A stretch of DNA of 64,000 bases from an uncultured Ignavibacteria bacterium (GTDB taxonomy: Bacteria > Zixibacteria > MSB-5A5 > JAABVY01 > JAHJOQ01). The DNA lies in NCBI GenBank assembly GCA_964415885.1, contig CAYQCE010000006.1, positions 18,467 through 82,466 of the forward strand, written 5' to 3'. Under the pieces are notes generated by a model. That model saw only the letters and a program-made list of their open reading frames with translations, ran no database searches and was not told where the DNA came from. This document shows, one piece after another, positions 8,924 through 19,524 of this stretch. Within the stretch, counting starts at the first letter, position 1. Every line of letters begins with the position of its first letter. The translations under genes and the position numbers were made by a program.

Positions 8924-11900
8924 CTACGGACAGTCGGCGCACGGCTCCGGACCACCGCTGAAGACATATGCTATCGTGTACACGATATCATCAATGTCTA
9001 CAGAGTCGTTGCAGTCTACATCTCCAGCTTCGACCGGCTCCGGTGCCGGACCGCTGCCGAAGACGTATTCGATTAGCATCACTACGTCATCAATGTCTAC
9101 AGCGAGGTTTCCGTCGCAGTCACCGCAAACATACTGCTGCTCCTCTTCAACGAGGAGATTGACCGGGATTGACCACGGGTTGTCCGGTGTATCCGGGTCA
9201 TTGGAGTAGATGTTCACAGCGCACGCGTATTCGCCGATATCGAGACCGAAGGTATTCACCCTGGCAGTGATAGTGTTCTCGCCCATCGGCTCAATAGTGC
9301 CGGATGTCGGGGTGAGAGTCAGCCATTGTGCCGGGGCCGAGAACTCGACCGCGAGATTGTCCTTCAGGTACGAGGTGTTGAACGCAACCGTAAGACCATC
9401 GTCACCGGCCTCGTTCTCAATACCGATTGTCGCGCTCTCATCGGCGTCAAAGCCGGACGCAACCGTCTGGTACTGGAACTTGATTCGGCCGCTGGCGTAG
9501 AGTATGATCTCGGCATTGATTACGTCGCCGGCAGACGCCTGGTATTCCGAATAGTCGACGAACTGGATCACCAGCCTGTTGCCATCGGAATGGTAGTACA
9601 CCTTGCTGGTGTTGTTGGAGTTGGTCGGATCGAGATCGTCCCAACACCAGGCGAGGATGTTGTTCGGCGGATCATCATCCGGCAATAGCGTATTGTTGCG
9701 GCTGTAGTAGCCTGCGTCGGGACCGAACCCGATAAATCCGTTCGAGGCTATATAGAGCTCGTCATACGAGACTCCGTAGTAGCTGAAACTGAATCCGATC
9801 GGAACCGGGCCGAAGTAGTTGTCGTCACCGAGACTGTCGGCGGCATCCCTGATCGGGACTTCCGTACCGACTGCCTGGACATCAATCCAGTCGAACACAG
9901 GTCCACCCGGCTCATCCGAATCAACCCAGATATAGCCGAAGTTATCTGGACCGCCTGCGTCACGCTCGACAGCCGGACCCTCTCGTGTATCCGGAGTGCC
10001 CTTGGGCAGATCCGGCAACTCTTCGACTTCGTAATCCTCAAGGTAGTTGTACGGCGAGGTGAACAGTTCCCCAATGGCTCCGCGGAATACCGGTACGCTC
10101 TGCACCGTGTAGTTCAGCGTCCCGGGGCCGCCATTCTGAACCGTGATCATCGCGGAAGCAGAATCTCCCTCGATCAACTGGAAATCAAACGAGGCCGGTG
10201 TCACAGCAATCGACGGGGCGAAGTCGACTCTGATATCGTCAACATACCAGTAGTCATCGCCAGCCGTATTTCCGTAGCTGTGTACTCGCAGCTGGAATGT
10301 CTCGTGAAGCGCGTCGCCGGTCAGAACGACCTCGACATACTCGAATGACATCATATCCTCGCCGCTACCGAGCTGTCTGCTCGCCTCGACCCATTCACCG
10401 GAGGAGTTCTGGTACTCGAATACGAGGTCTTCGCCGGTCTCAGGCGAATCACCGGGACCCTTACGCTCGTAGTAGTAGGTAAGCAGCGCGGCGTCCTGAC
10501 CAGTGAGATCTATGAGCTGAGATATGAGCGTATCACATCCGCCATCCAGAAGCAACGAATACGTTCCGCTCGGTGTATTGTAAGCGTTTGAGGCAATTGC
10601 TCCGCCGATGTTCACCATCCACTTGCTCATATCGAGCGTGGCTGTCGGGAACTGCTCCTCCCACGGCACTGACGCCGGGAAGCCGGCAGAGATCGCGCAG
10701 ATGAAGGCTCCGCCGGAGATACTCGGATCGCCGTTCGAACGAGCCATCACCATTATAGTATCTTCGGAATTGAGCGGCGTAGCAGCCGGAATCTCGACCT
10801 TCGCGATTATCATCGCGGAATCGAGCGGCTCTATTATGCCTGTGGATGTGATCTGGCTCGTCGCCGCCTCATCCCAGAAAGTGACGTTCCACTGCGCCAG
10901 AGAATCATACAGAGAGAACTGATCGGAATAGAGACCCTTATTCTTCACAAAGAGCGTGAACGTGGCCTCACCTTCGGCAGGACCATACTGCTCCTGGAAC
11001 GAAGGCATCACCTGCACCTCGTATGACGGCGGGTGACCGATGTAGATGTCATCCACGAACCAGTCATCGTAACTGCCCGCAGTACCAGTACTTGAGAAAC
11101 GGATTCTCATTCCTGCATGCATCGCACCAGCCGGAAGCTGTACGATATTCTCCTCGAACACAGTCATGTCCGGATCGGCACCCGGATGCGTATCGAGAGT
11201 GTGCCAGACTCCGTTGGAGTCGAGATACTCGACATCGAGATCATCGCCGGATTCCGGACTGTCGCCGTCGCCGGTCTGCTGGAAGTAGTACCGCAGTATT
11301 ACATTGCTCTCATTCCGGAGGTTGATAGCCTCGGATTCGAGAGCATCGCCGCCGCTCGGGTTGCCGTCGAGATTGATCGAGTACGGCGCCGACGGCTCAT
11401 CGATACCGCTGGTGCTGACTTCGGCACCACCGGCGTCCTCCCACTTGGTCATATCGAGATCGGCGGTGAGGAACGACTCGGTGAATGGAATCGGCCATGG
11501 CTGTCCCGCGGAAACGGATATGATGTCCGCTCCGGCGGCAAATGAGGGATCGCCGACAGATGTCGTAACGACGCGTATACTGTCGCTCTCACCTTCCCAG
11601 CTCGATGGAACCAGTACCTGTACCTGGAAATCGAATGTCTCATCTGCAGACAGCAGATCCGTCTGCGTTATCTCTGTAGTGCCCGTTGCATCCCAGACTG
11701 TCGTTGCCCAGTCCACATCCTCAACGCTGATCGAGTAGGTGTCGTCGAGGACACCGTCATTCGTCACCGTCAGAGTATAGGTCAGCGTGTCGCCAACCGG
11801 AGCGGTCTGACTCTGATAGCCCGGACCGAGCAGAAGACCGTAATCGATAACCGAGAACGAATAGACCTCGGTCGTATCCGCAAGCCCGTTCGTGGTCTTC

Positions 11901-14104
11901 GCGAAGAAGTAATAGTCGATCTGCGTACCGGGTGACTGAGCCGGAATGGTTCCGTAGAACTCATTGTCGCCGGCGCCCTCCTGCAGCAGATCGGCCATGT
12001 ATCCACCGCCGTCTATGCTGTAGTAGAGAAGAAGCGAATCGGTGTCCAGCGCCTCCTCGGTGTAGATCATACACTCGGCGGTATAGTCATTTGTGTAATC
12101 CTTGGTGTCGGTCAAAGGACTCGGCACGATAACCGCGAGGTCGGATGTCACAACTACGGCTTCCTCGACCGTCGCAAGGTTGTAGCCGGTGACGGTCAGA
12201 GTGATCGACTGACCAATCGGAAGAAGTCCCTCGATCGGTATTGACGCGGTGCCATCCGGACCGGTGTAAGCCGAACCAAAGAGTTCGCCGTTATGGTAAA
12301 GAGCGCACAGGGCACCTTCCTGGCCGACGACCTCGATATCATACGTGTCCATAGCGAAGAAAACCGCTCCGCCGTGGTTTACAGTGATCGCCTCGGGAAC
12401 GTCGGTCCTGACCTGAACCGACGGATCGCCGAAGATATGCCATGTGTTATACATTGACACACCACCGGAGCCGTTGATGTCGATCATCTTGCACGAACCG
12501 TTGAAACAGAGTCCGCCGTACGTGTTCATCTGTTCCTGAATCAGGAGGTGAACCACCTCGTCCTGGCCATCCATCGGAGGATTCCAGGACTGGTTGATCG
12601 ATGACATGTATGCACCGATCGCGCCGGTCGGGCTGGAACCGTTCGTGGCGCGCAACCATGCCTCACCGAAACATGTGTAACCGTCGAACTGACCGTTAAC
12701 GCATGCCACACTGATGATGAACGGCAGCATATTATCATTCACGAGGGCGTTCACATTACTGTTCGAGAAGCCGGAGGAACTCCAGGCGGTAGTCGAACCG
12801 TGTCCCGTGTAGTTTATGATACTGCGACCGTCATTGAGAGCGGCAGCAACCGCCGCAGAGCTCGCGGTCGGATCGTATATCTGGTCGACATACGTGTAAG
12901 TGTAAGAGAACAGCGAATCCCGAATGTAATCGAGGTGCTCATCGTCGTACTCACCGCCGTTGTGTCCCGGACCCTGATTGGACCCGACGCCGGTGCCCTT
13001 GTGGAACCAGCTTCCAGCGAGAGGATTCTTCTCGTACGTGATCGTACGGTCTACCTGCGTTGTCACCTGGGTGCCGTTCTCCGCGGAGAAACGCCCGACG
13101 AAAAGATCCGGGTAGTTATCGGTCGTCATAAGAGCGTATGACGGGTCAGATGATCCACCGGAGGCGTATGGTGTCGCTACCTGTGCGGCGTCTCCAACCA
13201 GAAGGACATAGCCGAGATCAGAAGTGTTATAGATGTTCTGAATGTACGACTTGATTGCGGTAGAATTGTTGCCGATATCAGATACGTTTACCAACGTGGT
13301 CGGAAGACCCTTCTGGTTCTTCCAGTTCACGAACGGAATCATCTCATCCATGAAATCAGCGTAGCAGATTACGAGGAGATCGCCCTCTTCCTGCACGGGC
13401 GTGTACTTGCCCTGGACGAAATCATAGTTGATGAAACGACTCTCGTAGAGGTTATCGAATTCCGGTAGCAGCGTGAAATCGCTCTGCCGGTTCTGGAACA
13501 CGTTGATCTCGCCTGCACCGGCAGCGACAACTTCAACGGTTACCGAAGTATAGACGCGGAGCATGTTCTCGTCAGGCTTAACCTGGAACGGAAGGATCTC
13601 CACGACCGCGCCACGGTAGTCCCTCAGGATATAGGGACTTCCCAGTGAAACTGTGTTGGTCGGATAGAACTCGTTCGAGCTGTAGACGGGACCGAACGCG
13701 TAGGGAACGTCCTCGGGATTCACTGTTCTGAGCAGATTACCCTTGGACGGCACCACCGGAGTATTCGCTATGTCGACAAAATCCGTCGACAGAACGCGAA
13801 TGTCCATCTTGGCGTTGTCGGGAATGATGATACTCCGGCATATTTTCGGAAGCTCGGGTTCGGACTCGTTAAGAAGGATTCCCTCTCTATTGAGGGCAAT
13901 TCTGTAGTAAGTCTGGCCGTTGATATCCACGGCTTCTTTCTCGAAACCCCCAACTTCGAATCGAATGACAGTCCGAATGTCGTTCGACTCTTCAACCGTT
14001 ACTACGACGTCTTCTCCAAAGGCCCTGAGGTCGACATGCTCTCCATATGTCAACGCAGAAAGCGCAAGAAGAAGAACGACAGACAGAAGCACTCTCCTAT
14101 GCAT
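8924..14104 (-). CDS. giant secreted peptidase C25 (gingipain-like cysteine protease) with C-terminal dockerin-like Ca-binding module
   Basis: 1726 aa. An N-terminal signal peptide (MHRRVLLSVVLLLALSALTYG) precedes a propeptide-like region. The C25 catalytic region has a NYTGHGS...W His motif and an ISVACVNGQF Cys motif. About 1000 aa of beta-rich repeats follow. The C-terminus carries paired DxDxDG-type repeats (GDCDGNLAVDIDDVVMLIEYVFG ... GDVDCNDSVDIDDIVYTIAYVFSG) typical of dockerin type I. Confidence 0.75.
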   Translation of the reverse strand: MHRRVLLSVVLLLALSALTYGEHVDLRAFGEDVVVTVEESNDIRTVIRFEVGGFEKEAVDINGQTYYRIALNREGILLNESEPELPKICRSIIIPDNAKMDIRVLSTDFVDIANTPVVPSKGNLLRTVNPEDVPYAFGPVYSSNEFYPTNTVSLGSPYILRDYRGAVVEILPFQVKPDENMLRVYTSVTVEVVAAGAGEINVFQNRQSDFTLLPEFDNLYESRFINYDFVQGKYTPVQEEGDLLVICYADFMDEMIPFVNWKNQKGLPTTLVNVSDIGNNSTAIKSYIQNIYNTSDLGYVLLVGDAAQVATPYASGGSSDPSYALMTTDNYPDLFVGRFSAENGTQVTTQVDRTITYEKNPLAGSWFHKGTGVGSNQGPGHNGGEYDDEHLDYIRDSLFSYTYTYVDQIYDPTASSAAVAAALNDGRSIINYTGHGSTTAWSSSGFSNSNVNALVNDNMLPFIISVACVNGQFDGYTCFGEAWLRATNGSSPTGAIGAYMSSINQSWNPPMDGQDEVVHLLIQEQMNTYGGLCFNGSCKMIDINGSGGVSMYNTWHIFGDPSVQVRTDVPEAITVNHGGAVFFAMDTYDIEVVGQEGALCALYHNGELFGSAYTGPDGTASIPIEGLLPIGQSITLTVTGYNLATVEEAVVVTSDLAVIVPSPLTDTKDYTNDYTAECMIYTEEALDTDSLLLYYSIDGGGYMADLLQEGAGDNEFYGTIPAQSPGTQIDYYFFAKTTNGLADTTEVYSFSVIDYGLLLGPGYQSQTAPVGDTLTYTLTVTNDGVLDDTYSISVEDVDWATTVWDATGTTEITQTDLLSADETFDFQVQVLVPSSWEGESDSIRVVTTSVGDPSFAAGADIISVSAGQPWPIPFTESFLTADLDMTKWEDAGGAEVSTSGIDEPSAPYSINLDGNPSGGDALESEAINLRNESNVILRYYFQQTGDGDSPESGDDLDVEYLDSNGVWHTLDTHPGADPDMTVFEENIVQLPAGAMHAGMRIRFSSTGTAGSYDDWFVDDIYIGHPPSYEVQVMPSFQEQYGPAEGEATFTLFVKNKGLYSDQFSLYDSLAQWNVTFWDEAATSQITSTGIIEPLDSAMIIAKVEIPAATPLNSEDTIMVMARSNGDPSISGGAFICAISAGFPASVPWEEQFPTATLDMSKWMVNIGGAIASNAYNTPSGTYSLLLDGGCDTLISQLIDLTGQDAALLTYYYERKGPGDSPETGEDLVFEYQNSSGEWVEASRQLGSGEDMMSFEYVEVVLTGDALHETFQLRVHSYGNTAGDDYWYVDDIRVDFAPSIAVTPASFDFQLIEGDSASAMITVQNGGPGTLNYTVQSVPVFRGAIGELFTSPYNYLEDYEVEELPDLPKGTPDTREGPAVERDAGGPDNFGYIWVDSDEPGGPVFDWIDVQAVGTEVPIRDAADSLGDDNYFGPVPIGFSFSYYGVSYDELYIASNGFIGFGPDAGYYSRNNTLLPDDDPPNNILAWCWDDLDPTNSNNTSKVYYHSDGNRLVIQFVDYSEYQASAGDVINAEIILYASGRIKFQYQTVASGFDADESATIGIENEAGDDGLTVAFNTSYLKDNLAVEFSAPAQWLTLTPTSGTIEPMGENTITARVNTFGLDIGEYACAVNIYSNDPDTPDNPWSIPVNLLVEEEQQYVCGDCDGNLAVDIDDVVMLIEYVFGSGPAPEPVEAGDVDCNDSVDIDDIVYTIAYVFSGGPEPCADCP

Positions 14105-14510
14105 GACGCTCCTCTCGTAAATGGATTGAGTGATTTGAAGTACTTGTAATTTTTATTTTTCCCGTAATGAGAACAAAACAGTAGAATACCAGGCCCGTAT
14201 ATACTTCCCGTAATATAATATCATCCATCAATTTGGCAAGGTAAAACATGAGTGCGAGAGTCGATGCAAACACGCGGGTGTGGGTGTAGCCTGGTGCCAC
14301 AAATCCTCCGATGACATGCGCAAAACCGGCGAGACCGCGTCCCGGTCGAATCCTATTCGACAACTGAAAAGGCACGAAAGCGCAGCCCGCCTCTAAGACA
14401 TTGCAAAGCATTAGCTTACGAAGCAGGGCGGGATTACGTCGCTCCGCCGGTACACATTGTCTTATAGAAGACTACGAAGTATACCATACACTCTATTTGC
14501 AGCAAGAAGA

Positions 14511-14544
14511 ACGAGGCCGATCCATTTTTGTGAATCGGCCTCGT
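14511..14544 (-). terminator. candidate terminator downstream of the serpin gene
   Basis: A perfect 11-bp stem ACGAGGCCGAT/ATCGGCCTCGT with a 12-nt loop lies 30 nt 3' of the serpin stop. The T-run after it on the - strand is weak (TCTTCTTGCT). Confidence 0.4.
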
Positions 14545-14575
14545 AAATCATCGAGATCTGAATTGAACGGATAAC

Positions 14576-15802
14576 TCAGAAAACGGGTTCCTCGACTTTC
14601 CCGATAAAGAGGATTGAGTTCGAATTTGATTCCCAGATCGCGAACAGGAAGGGATGATCGGCAATGAAGATCGAATGCGGGCTCGAAGTTATCCCCATCT
14701 CCACCGATGTTACTGCGGCGGCCTCGGTGCCTTCCTCGTCGATGCGCACGAACGACTTATGTTTGACATCCGTTATCGCGAGACCCGTAGTATCGCTCAT
14801 GCCTCTGAAATTCGCTAACGGCGTGAAGGCTATCCCCATACCCATTGAGGCGAGAATCTGATTCAGGCTCTTCTCATACTCAAATTTGAGTTTCGGAAAA
14901 CCGAGAGTGATCTCCTCTTCCGCAAACGAGCTCATCAGGTTGTCCCACATCAAATCATCGAGAGTAGCCGCAAGTTCTGTGGGCGAGTCCTGCTTTGGCA
15001 GGATTGCAATGAGGTTATAGTGCTTATAGCCGTATGGCAGTTTCACAGCCTTCAGTGCATCATTCTCGAAATACTGCACATCCACCTTGTGCTTCGACAT
15101 CATCTGGCACTGGATCGTGGAACCGTCGGAGAGATGGAATAGACCGTTGTGAGTATTCTCAGGATCGAACGGTTCGGTCCAGAGAGCGTTGAAATAGACC
15201 GCGTTAATGAGGTACATCACAGCATAATCCGGGATCCGGTTAAGTATCGAGGTTATCTTCCCGTGAGTTTTCTCATCGACCCAGGAGTTGATTACGCCAG
15301 GAGCTTTGGGATCAGTGAAATCGAGTTTCTGTACCTCGGCATCATAGTACTCCCGAAGTCTCCCGAGAAACTCGTCCTTGACATCAAAATCGTCTCGGGG
15401 CCACACGGAGTTCGCGATCTCCAAAGTTACCGACGGATCGATTGTCATCAGGAATTCAGCAAGCGTCTCGTAGTTACGATTGATCTCTTCGTCGGTCAAT
15501 CCCGCAAGCTCGAGTGTCTGGACGAGTGCCTCGCGCGTTTCACCCTGGGCGCCGTTCAGCACCATTCCAAATGCAGTCGAAACAGACAGGGGTGAGATAA
15601 ACACATTTGCATTCCGGTCATCCCGACAGATCGCATCGAACAGCTTGAAACCGAATGCGTTGCCGCTCTCGGAGAGAGTCATCTCGGCCTGAGTCAGAGC
15701 GCGTACCGACGGTACAGGATCAATCGGTGATTCCGATTCACCAGAGCATGCTACCAAAAGCAGCATAGTTGTTAGTATGGCACAGATTGAACGTGACATC
15801 AT
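14576..15802 (-). CDS. serpin (serine/cysteine protease inhibitor), lipoprotein
   Basis: 408 aa with a lipobox (LLVACSG). It has a serpin hinge and C-terminal signature (EEGTEAAAVTSV ... FIADHPFLFAIWE). The C-terminal region also matches the typical serpin NAVYFNALWTEPF motif. Confidence 0.85.
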   Translation of the reverse strand: MMSRSICAILTTMLLLVACSGESESPIDPVPSVRALTQAEMTLSESGNAFGFKLFDAICRDDRNANVFISPLSVSTAFGMVLNGAQGETREALVQTLELAGLTDEEINRNYETLAEFLMTIDPSVTLEIANSVWPRDDFDVKDEFLGRLREYYDAEVQKLDFTDPKAPGVINSWVDEKTHGKITSILNRIPDYAVMYLINAVYFNALWTEPFDPENTHNGLFHLSDGSTIQCQMMSKHKVDVQYFENDALKAVKLPYGYKHYNLIAILPKQDSPTELAATLDDLMWDNLMSSFAEEEITLGFPKLKFEYEKSLNQILASMGMGIAFTPLANFRGMSDTTGLAITDVKHKSFVRIDEEGTEAAAVTSVEMGITSSPHSIFIADHPFLFAIWESNSNSILFIGKVEEPVF

Positions 15803-15943
15803 ATCCTCCCTTGTTTTTTGCCTTGCCGCGAAATAGGAACTGTAAAAGGGACGAGCCTGTCCCCGTTCTGTTGAATTCCAATCACAATCAAGAGATGCCG
15901 CTCATCAACTGATTCATAGTCAAGTCTCAAAGAAATACGAAGG

Positions 15944-16330
15944 TCAAATTTTGCCGATCTCTTCCACGGTCCAGTCATCTCCGACCCAGACCCCGTAGAT
16001 ATCGGCCTTGAGATGCCATGACCGGACCTCCTCCATCGCCTTTCTGACATGCTCGAGGTGCATCTCCTTGTCGCCCGGATTGCCCGCGCAGTCGTGGTGC
16101 CCGACGATCACGATTGCCTTGGATCCGTGCTTCTCGACTGAAATAAGGACTCTCGTTTTGATCGAGTCGATCAGTTGAGGCTCGCCTCTGGCGATTATGC
16201 CATCCGGGCCCGGCTCGGTGACCGAGTCGACATAGTCGACACCGAATCTCTCTTTCATCCACTCAATTACGGGAAGCTGTGTACGGCCATCCATGCAGTT
16301 GATGGCTGTCGCGAAAGTGCCTTGTGCCAT
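15944..16330 (-). CDS. hypothetical protein with beta-carbonic-anhydrase-like Cys/His motifs
   Basis: 128 aa containing CMDGR and HHDCAG motifs that resemble the CxDxR / HxxCxG zinc ligands of beta-CA. It is too short for a canonical beta-CA, so it remains tentative. Confidence 0.3.
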   Translation of the reverse strand: MAQGTFATAINCMDGRTQLPVIEWMKERFGVDYVDSVTEPGPDGIIARGEPQLIDSIKTRVLISVEKHGSKAIVIVGHHDCAGNPGDKEMHLEHVRKAMEEVRSWHLKADIYGVWVGDDWTVEEIGKI

Positions 16331-16450
16331 TGAAGAAATCCTTTGCGAAGATTATCCTTCCATTTGACACAATAACGCAATTGCGACATGTTAAGGCAAG
16401 AACTTAGGCAAGAACTGTAATGATCTGTTCTATTATGAGGAAAGAGGTCT

Positions 16451-16735
16451 TCAGGATTTCTTCTTGGACTTATCGATCATTTTCTTCATCGCGCCTGTCT
16501 TGTCCCACTTCTCAGATAGATAGAAGCCGAGCGCTCGGTCGACTATTTCCTGTACGGGCTTGTCCTCGAAGTGAGCTATGACCTTCAGCTTGCCAAGGTA
16601 CTCTTCGCGAATCCAGACAGCTTTGCGCTGCCATGTTTTCCCGGCCTTGTCGATGCGGACGTCCTTGACATACACTGACTTCTCGGATTTGGGGTCTTCC
16701 TTCGAATTGCCTTTGACCTTATCGATTATACCCAT
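16451..16735 (-). CDS. small lysine-rich hypothetical protein
   Basis: 94-aa ORF with good coding periodicity and no recognisable family. Confidence 0.4.
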   Translation of the reverse strand: MGIIDKVKGNSKEDPKSEKSVYVKDVRIDKAGKTWQRKAVWIREEYLGKLKVIAHFEDKPVQEIVDRALGFYLSEKWDKTGAMKKMIDKSKKKS

Positions 16736-16902
16736 AAAATCCTCCTCATTTAGACTATCGGCCGTGATCGGTTCAATCTACACAGGATTGAGCTTAAAAC
16801 CGTTCTCACCTGAAACATAGTGCCCCAAAACCGTAATCATCTGCATCAGTCTTCCGATAATAGAGATGAATTAGATCATGTTACGATTTGGAGGGAGAAA
16901 CC

Positions 16903-17886
16903 ATGTCAACACCTGCGAAATGCCTTATCCTGTTCACAGCATTCGCGACAATATTCGTCGTCGGTTGCGGAAGCTCCGATGATCCGACCTCTCCGGGTGG
17001 ACGAAACTCGGCAAGTTTCCAGAACTACGAGCAGTACATCCGAGAAATCGCGCCGCCGGAGTTCACCCAGATTGCCGCATCACCCCGGGCATACGGCGAT
17101 TGGACCGAAGGGGAATATCCGCTTCTCGCGAAAGTGTTCAGCGAGAACGAACCGATGTCGCTATACAGCAATACCGAAACACTCGACAACCTTATCGACG
17201 AGCTGAATGAGCATGTGGGCACGGATGAATCCGGCAAGTACGTTAAACTCATTGACACAGACAGCACTCTCACCCTCACTGAGTTGACATCGAACCTGCC
17301 GATTCCGACGCATCTACAATCGCTGTTCGGAATGTCGTCTGTTAATCTCGATTATCTTGCCGTTCTGGAATACGAGAAGTTGCCAACATCGGTAAGGAAG
17401 ATCGGATTCTCTCAGACCGACGAAACCGAGGAATTGCTGCTGTTCTACAAAGCGCCCTATGGCTCACAGACCACAACCCACCTGTACTATGCTTTCGTCG
17501 ACAAGACCATCGACTCGATAGTGATTATCGGAGCAGAGAGCAAGGCCGAGACAGCGTCACCGTCGAACGTGACGGCAAACTGGAGCTACAGAATCAGCAC
17601 TGTCAATGAGACGGATTTCGATTATATCATGGCATGGGGCGGTATAGAAGCCGATTTCATGGGCAAGGTCATCGGCGGCGGCAATAAAGACGTCAAATTC
17701 GCTTTGCGATACCAGGGCTTTAATCCGTCAACTGCAGCCGAGCCGCATGAGGACATGACACAGATGTTCGGGCCAAACTTCTCGGATGAGGGCACACTCA
17801 CTACCGGCTTTGACTACTTTATCTCCGCGGACCGATTCCTTCAGCGGAGCGATCTTGCATATACTTTGATTGAAATATCATTCTGA
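16903..17886 (+). CDS. hypothetical lipoprotein
   Basis: ATG at 16903 lies 7 nt after GGAGGGAG. The product has a signal peptide plus lipobox (FVVGCGSS) and no recognisable family. Confidence 0.5.
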   Translation: MSTPAKCLILFTAFATIFVVGCGSSDDPTSPGGRNSASFQNYEQYIREIAPPEFTQIAASPRAYGDWTEGEYPLLAKVFSENEPMSLYSNTETLDNLIDELNEHVGTDESGKYVKLIDTDSTLTLTELTSNLPIPTHLQSLFGMSSVNLDYLAVLEYEKLPTSVRKIGFSQTDETEELLLFYKAPYGSQTTTHLYYAFVDKTIDSIVIIGAESKAETASPSNVTANWSYRISTVNETDFDYIMAWGGIEADFMGKVIGGGNKDVKFALRYQGFNPSTAAEPHEDMTQMFGPNFSDEGTLTTGFDYFISADRFLQRSDLAYTLIEISF

Positions 17887-17934
17887 TCAGGTCTTTTCGC
17901 CTGTCAAACGCGCGGTCGATCGGCCGCGCGTTTT

Positions 17935-18537
17935 CTATTTGGCGAGCTTTTCGATCTCGGGATAGCGGAAGCAGTCTACGAGATGGTCGTTCACCATCCC
18001 GGCCGCCTGCATGAAGGCATAACAGATCGTCGATCCCACGAACTTGAATCCACGCTTCTTTAAGTCCCTACTCATTGCATCCGACTCATCAGATGTCGCC
18101 GGGATTTGATCGAGTGTTTTGAAACCGTGGTGAATCGTACCGCCTCCTGTGAATTGCCAGATGTATCTATCGAATGATCCGTACTCATTCCGAATCGCAA
18201 TGAAGTTTTTCGCGTTCGCGATTGTTGCGCCTATCTTCTGGCGATTGCGGATTATGCCGGCATCCTGCAGCAGCCTGTCAACCTTGGGTTGCTTGTACTT
18301 TGCGATCTTCTCAAAGTCGAAATCATCGAGCGCCTTGCGGAAGTTCTCGCGCTTGTGAAGCACCGTTCTCCAGGAGAGTCCCGCCTGGAAGGCGTCGAGC
18401 ACCATGTACTCGAACAACTTGCGGTCGTCGTGCACCGGCACACCCCATTCGCGATCGTGATATTCGATCATGAGATGGTCATCGGCCGGCCATGGGCACC
18501 GCGATTCTTCCCTAACTGACACTGTAAGTCCTTTCAC
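17935..18537 (-). CDS. tag: DNA-3-methyladenine glycosylase I (Tag)
   Basis: 200 aa with typical Tag sequence (CPW...YHDREWGVP...FQAGLSWRTVL...RNR.KI.A...NA) and Zn-ligand Cys/His positions. Confidence 0.85.
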   Translation of the reverse strand: MKGLTVSVREESRCPWPADDHLMIEYHDREWGVPVHDDRKLFEYMVLDAFQAGLSWRTVLHKRENFRKALDDFDFEKIAKYKQPKVDRLLQDAGIIRNRQKIGATIANAKNFIAIRNEYGSFDRYIWQFTGGGTIHHGFKTLDQIPATSDESDAMSRDLKKRGFKFVGSTICYAFMQAAGMVNDHLVDCFRYPEIEKLAK

Positions 18538-18570
18538 TATCGACTTTCACGCAGTCACACCGAAATACCA

Positions 18571-19338
18571 TCACTCCTCATCGGGTTTGACCCCGTACCA
18601 TATCTGCCTCGGAACCATCGGTGTCAGAGTCGCGCCGTCATAATCGCCGAGGATACCGACCGTAGTGAGGCCGGAGCGCTTAACGAGATGTCCGAATCTC
18701 TCCGGCGGATAAAGCCGAACTCGCTCGGTATAGTCACGCTTGCCTGCGGGATCATCAACCGTGATCTTCTTCACCACACAATCACGAACGAGCTTGCGGG
18801 TTTCAGTTACATGCGCCGGACCATTGGGCCCCTTCAGTTCGCGCTCAGAGCGTGGCACCAGGTGCGCCTCCAGATGGGCCGGATTCGGAATATCGATCCA
18901 CCACCATCCGCCGGTCCGGAGAACACGCTTGACCTCGAGAAGTACCCGAAGGTCCTCGCTAGGATTTTCGAAGTACCCGAAGGATGTAAACCACATAGTC
19001 ACCCCGTCGAATTCCTCATCGAACGGCAGCTCCCGCATGTCGGACTTCACGAGCAGGGCATCGATTTCGGCTTCTTTGAGACGGCTCCGTGCCTCCGCCA
19101 GAAGCGTTTCGGAGAGATCAACACCGGTCAGTTCCGCGCCAAAATCCGAAAAAGCGAGCATATGTCTTCCGGCGCCACACGCCAGGTCGAGAATTTTCTG
19201 CCCGGACTTAAACGGCAGATGTTTAACCGCGGTCGCGACCTCCTTTTCGGCGGCCTCCTCGGATCGATGAGAGTAGAGCCAGAGATAGTCGTCCTGAAAT
19301 GCGCTTTTGTACCACTCATCCGATTTCGCTCTGGCCAT
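18571..19338 (-). CDS. class I SAM-dependent methyltransferase
   Basis: Start taken at MARAK (complement of 19336-19338) after AGGAGG. Motif I is ILDLACGAGRH and the post-I acidic residue is in GVDLS. Confidence 0.7.
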   Translation of the reverse strand: MARAKSDEWYKSAFQDDYLWLYSHRSEEAAEKEVATAVKHLPFKSGQKILDLACGAGRHMLAFSDFGAELTGVDLSETLLAEARSRLKEAEIDALLVKSDMRELPFDEEFDGVTMWFTSFGYFENPSEDLRVLLEVKRVLRTGGWWWIDIPNPAHLEAHLVPRSERELKGPNGPAHVTETRKLVRDCVVKKITVDDPAGKRDYTERVRLYPPERFGHLVKRSGLTTVGILGDYDGATLTPMVPRQIWYGVKPDEE

Positions 19339-19524
19339 CGTTCCTCCTGATAACGATCCGAATCCTATGTATCCACAATGATACCACACGCCGCGTTCCC
19401 CTGCAAGGATATTGCCCGAGCGTCATCGTTTCATCAGGTCCGTGCATGTGCAAGAGTGTATCGCAAGTAAACGATTTGACGGTCGGTCTTGACAAAACTC
19501 GGTTGGATACAGCATATTTGTGGT

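Noticed and set aside
14097-14411. 104-aa ORF overlapping the 5' end of the C25 peptidase gene
   Set aside because: It overlaps the peptidase start and promoter region, has poor composition and no homology signal. It is likely spurious.
16888-16902. TTG start proposed by the ORF track for the lipoprotein gene
   Set aside because: The TTG overlaps the GGAGGGAG Shine-Dalgarno. The ATG at 16903 with proper spacing is the likelier start.
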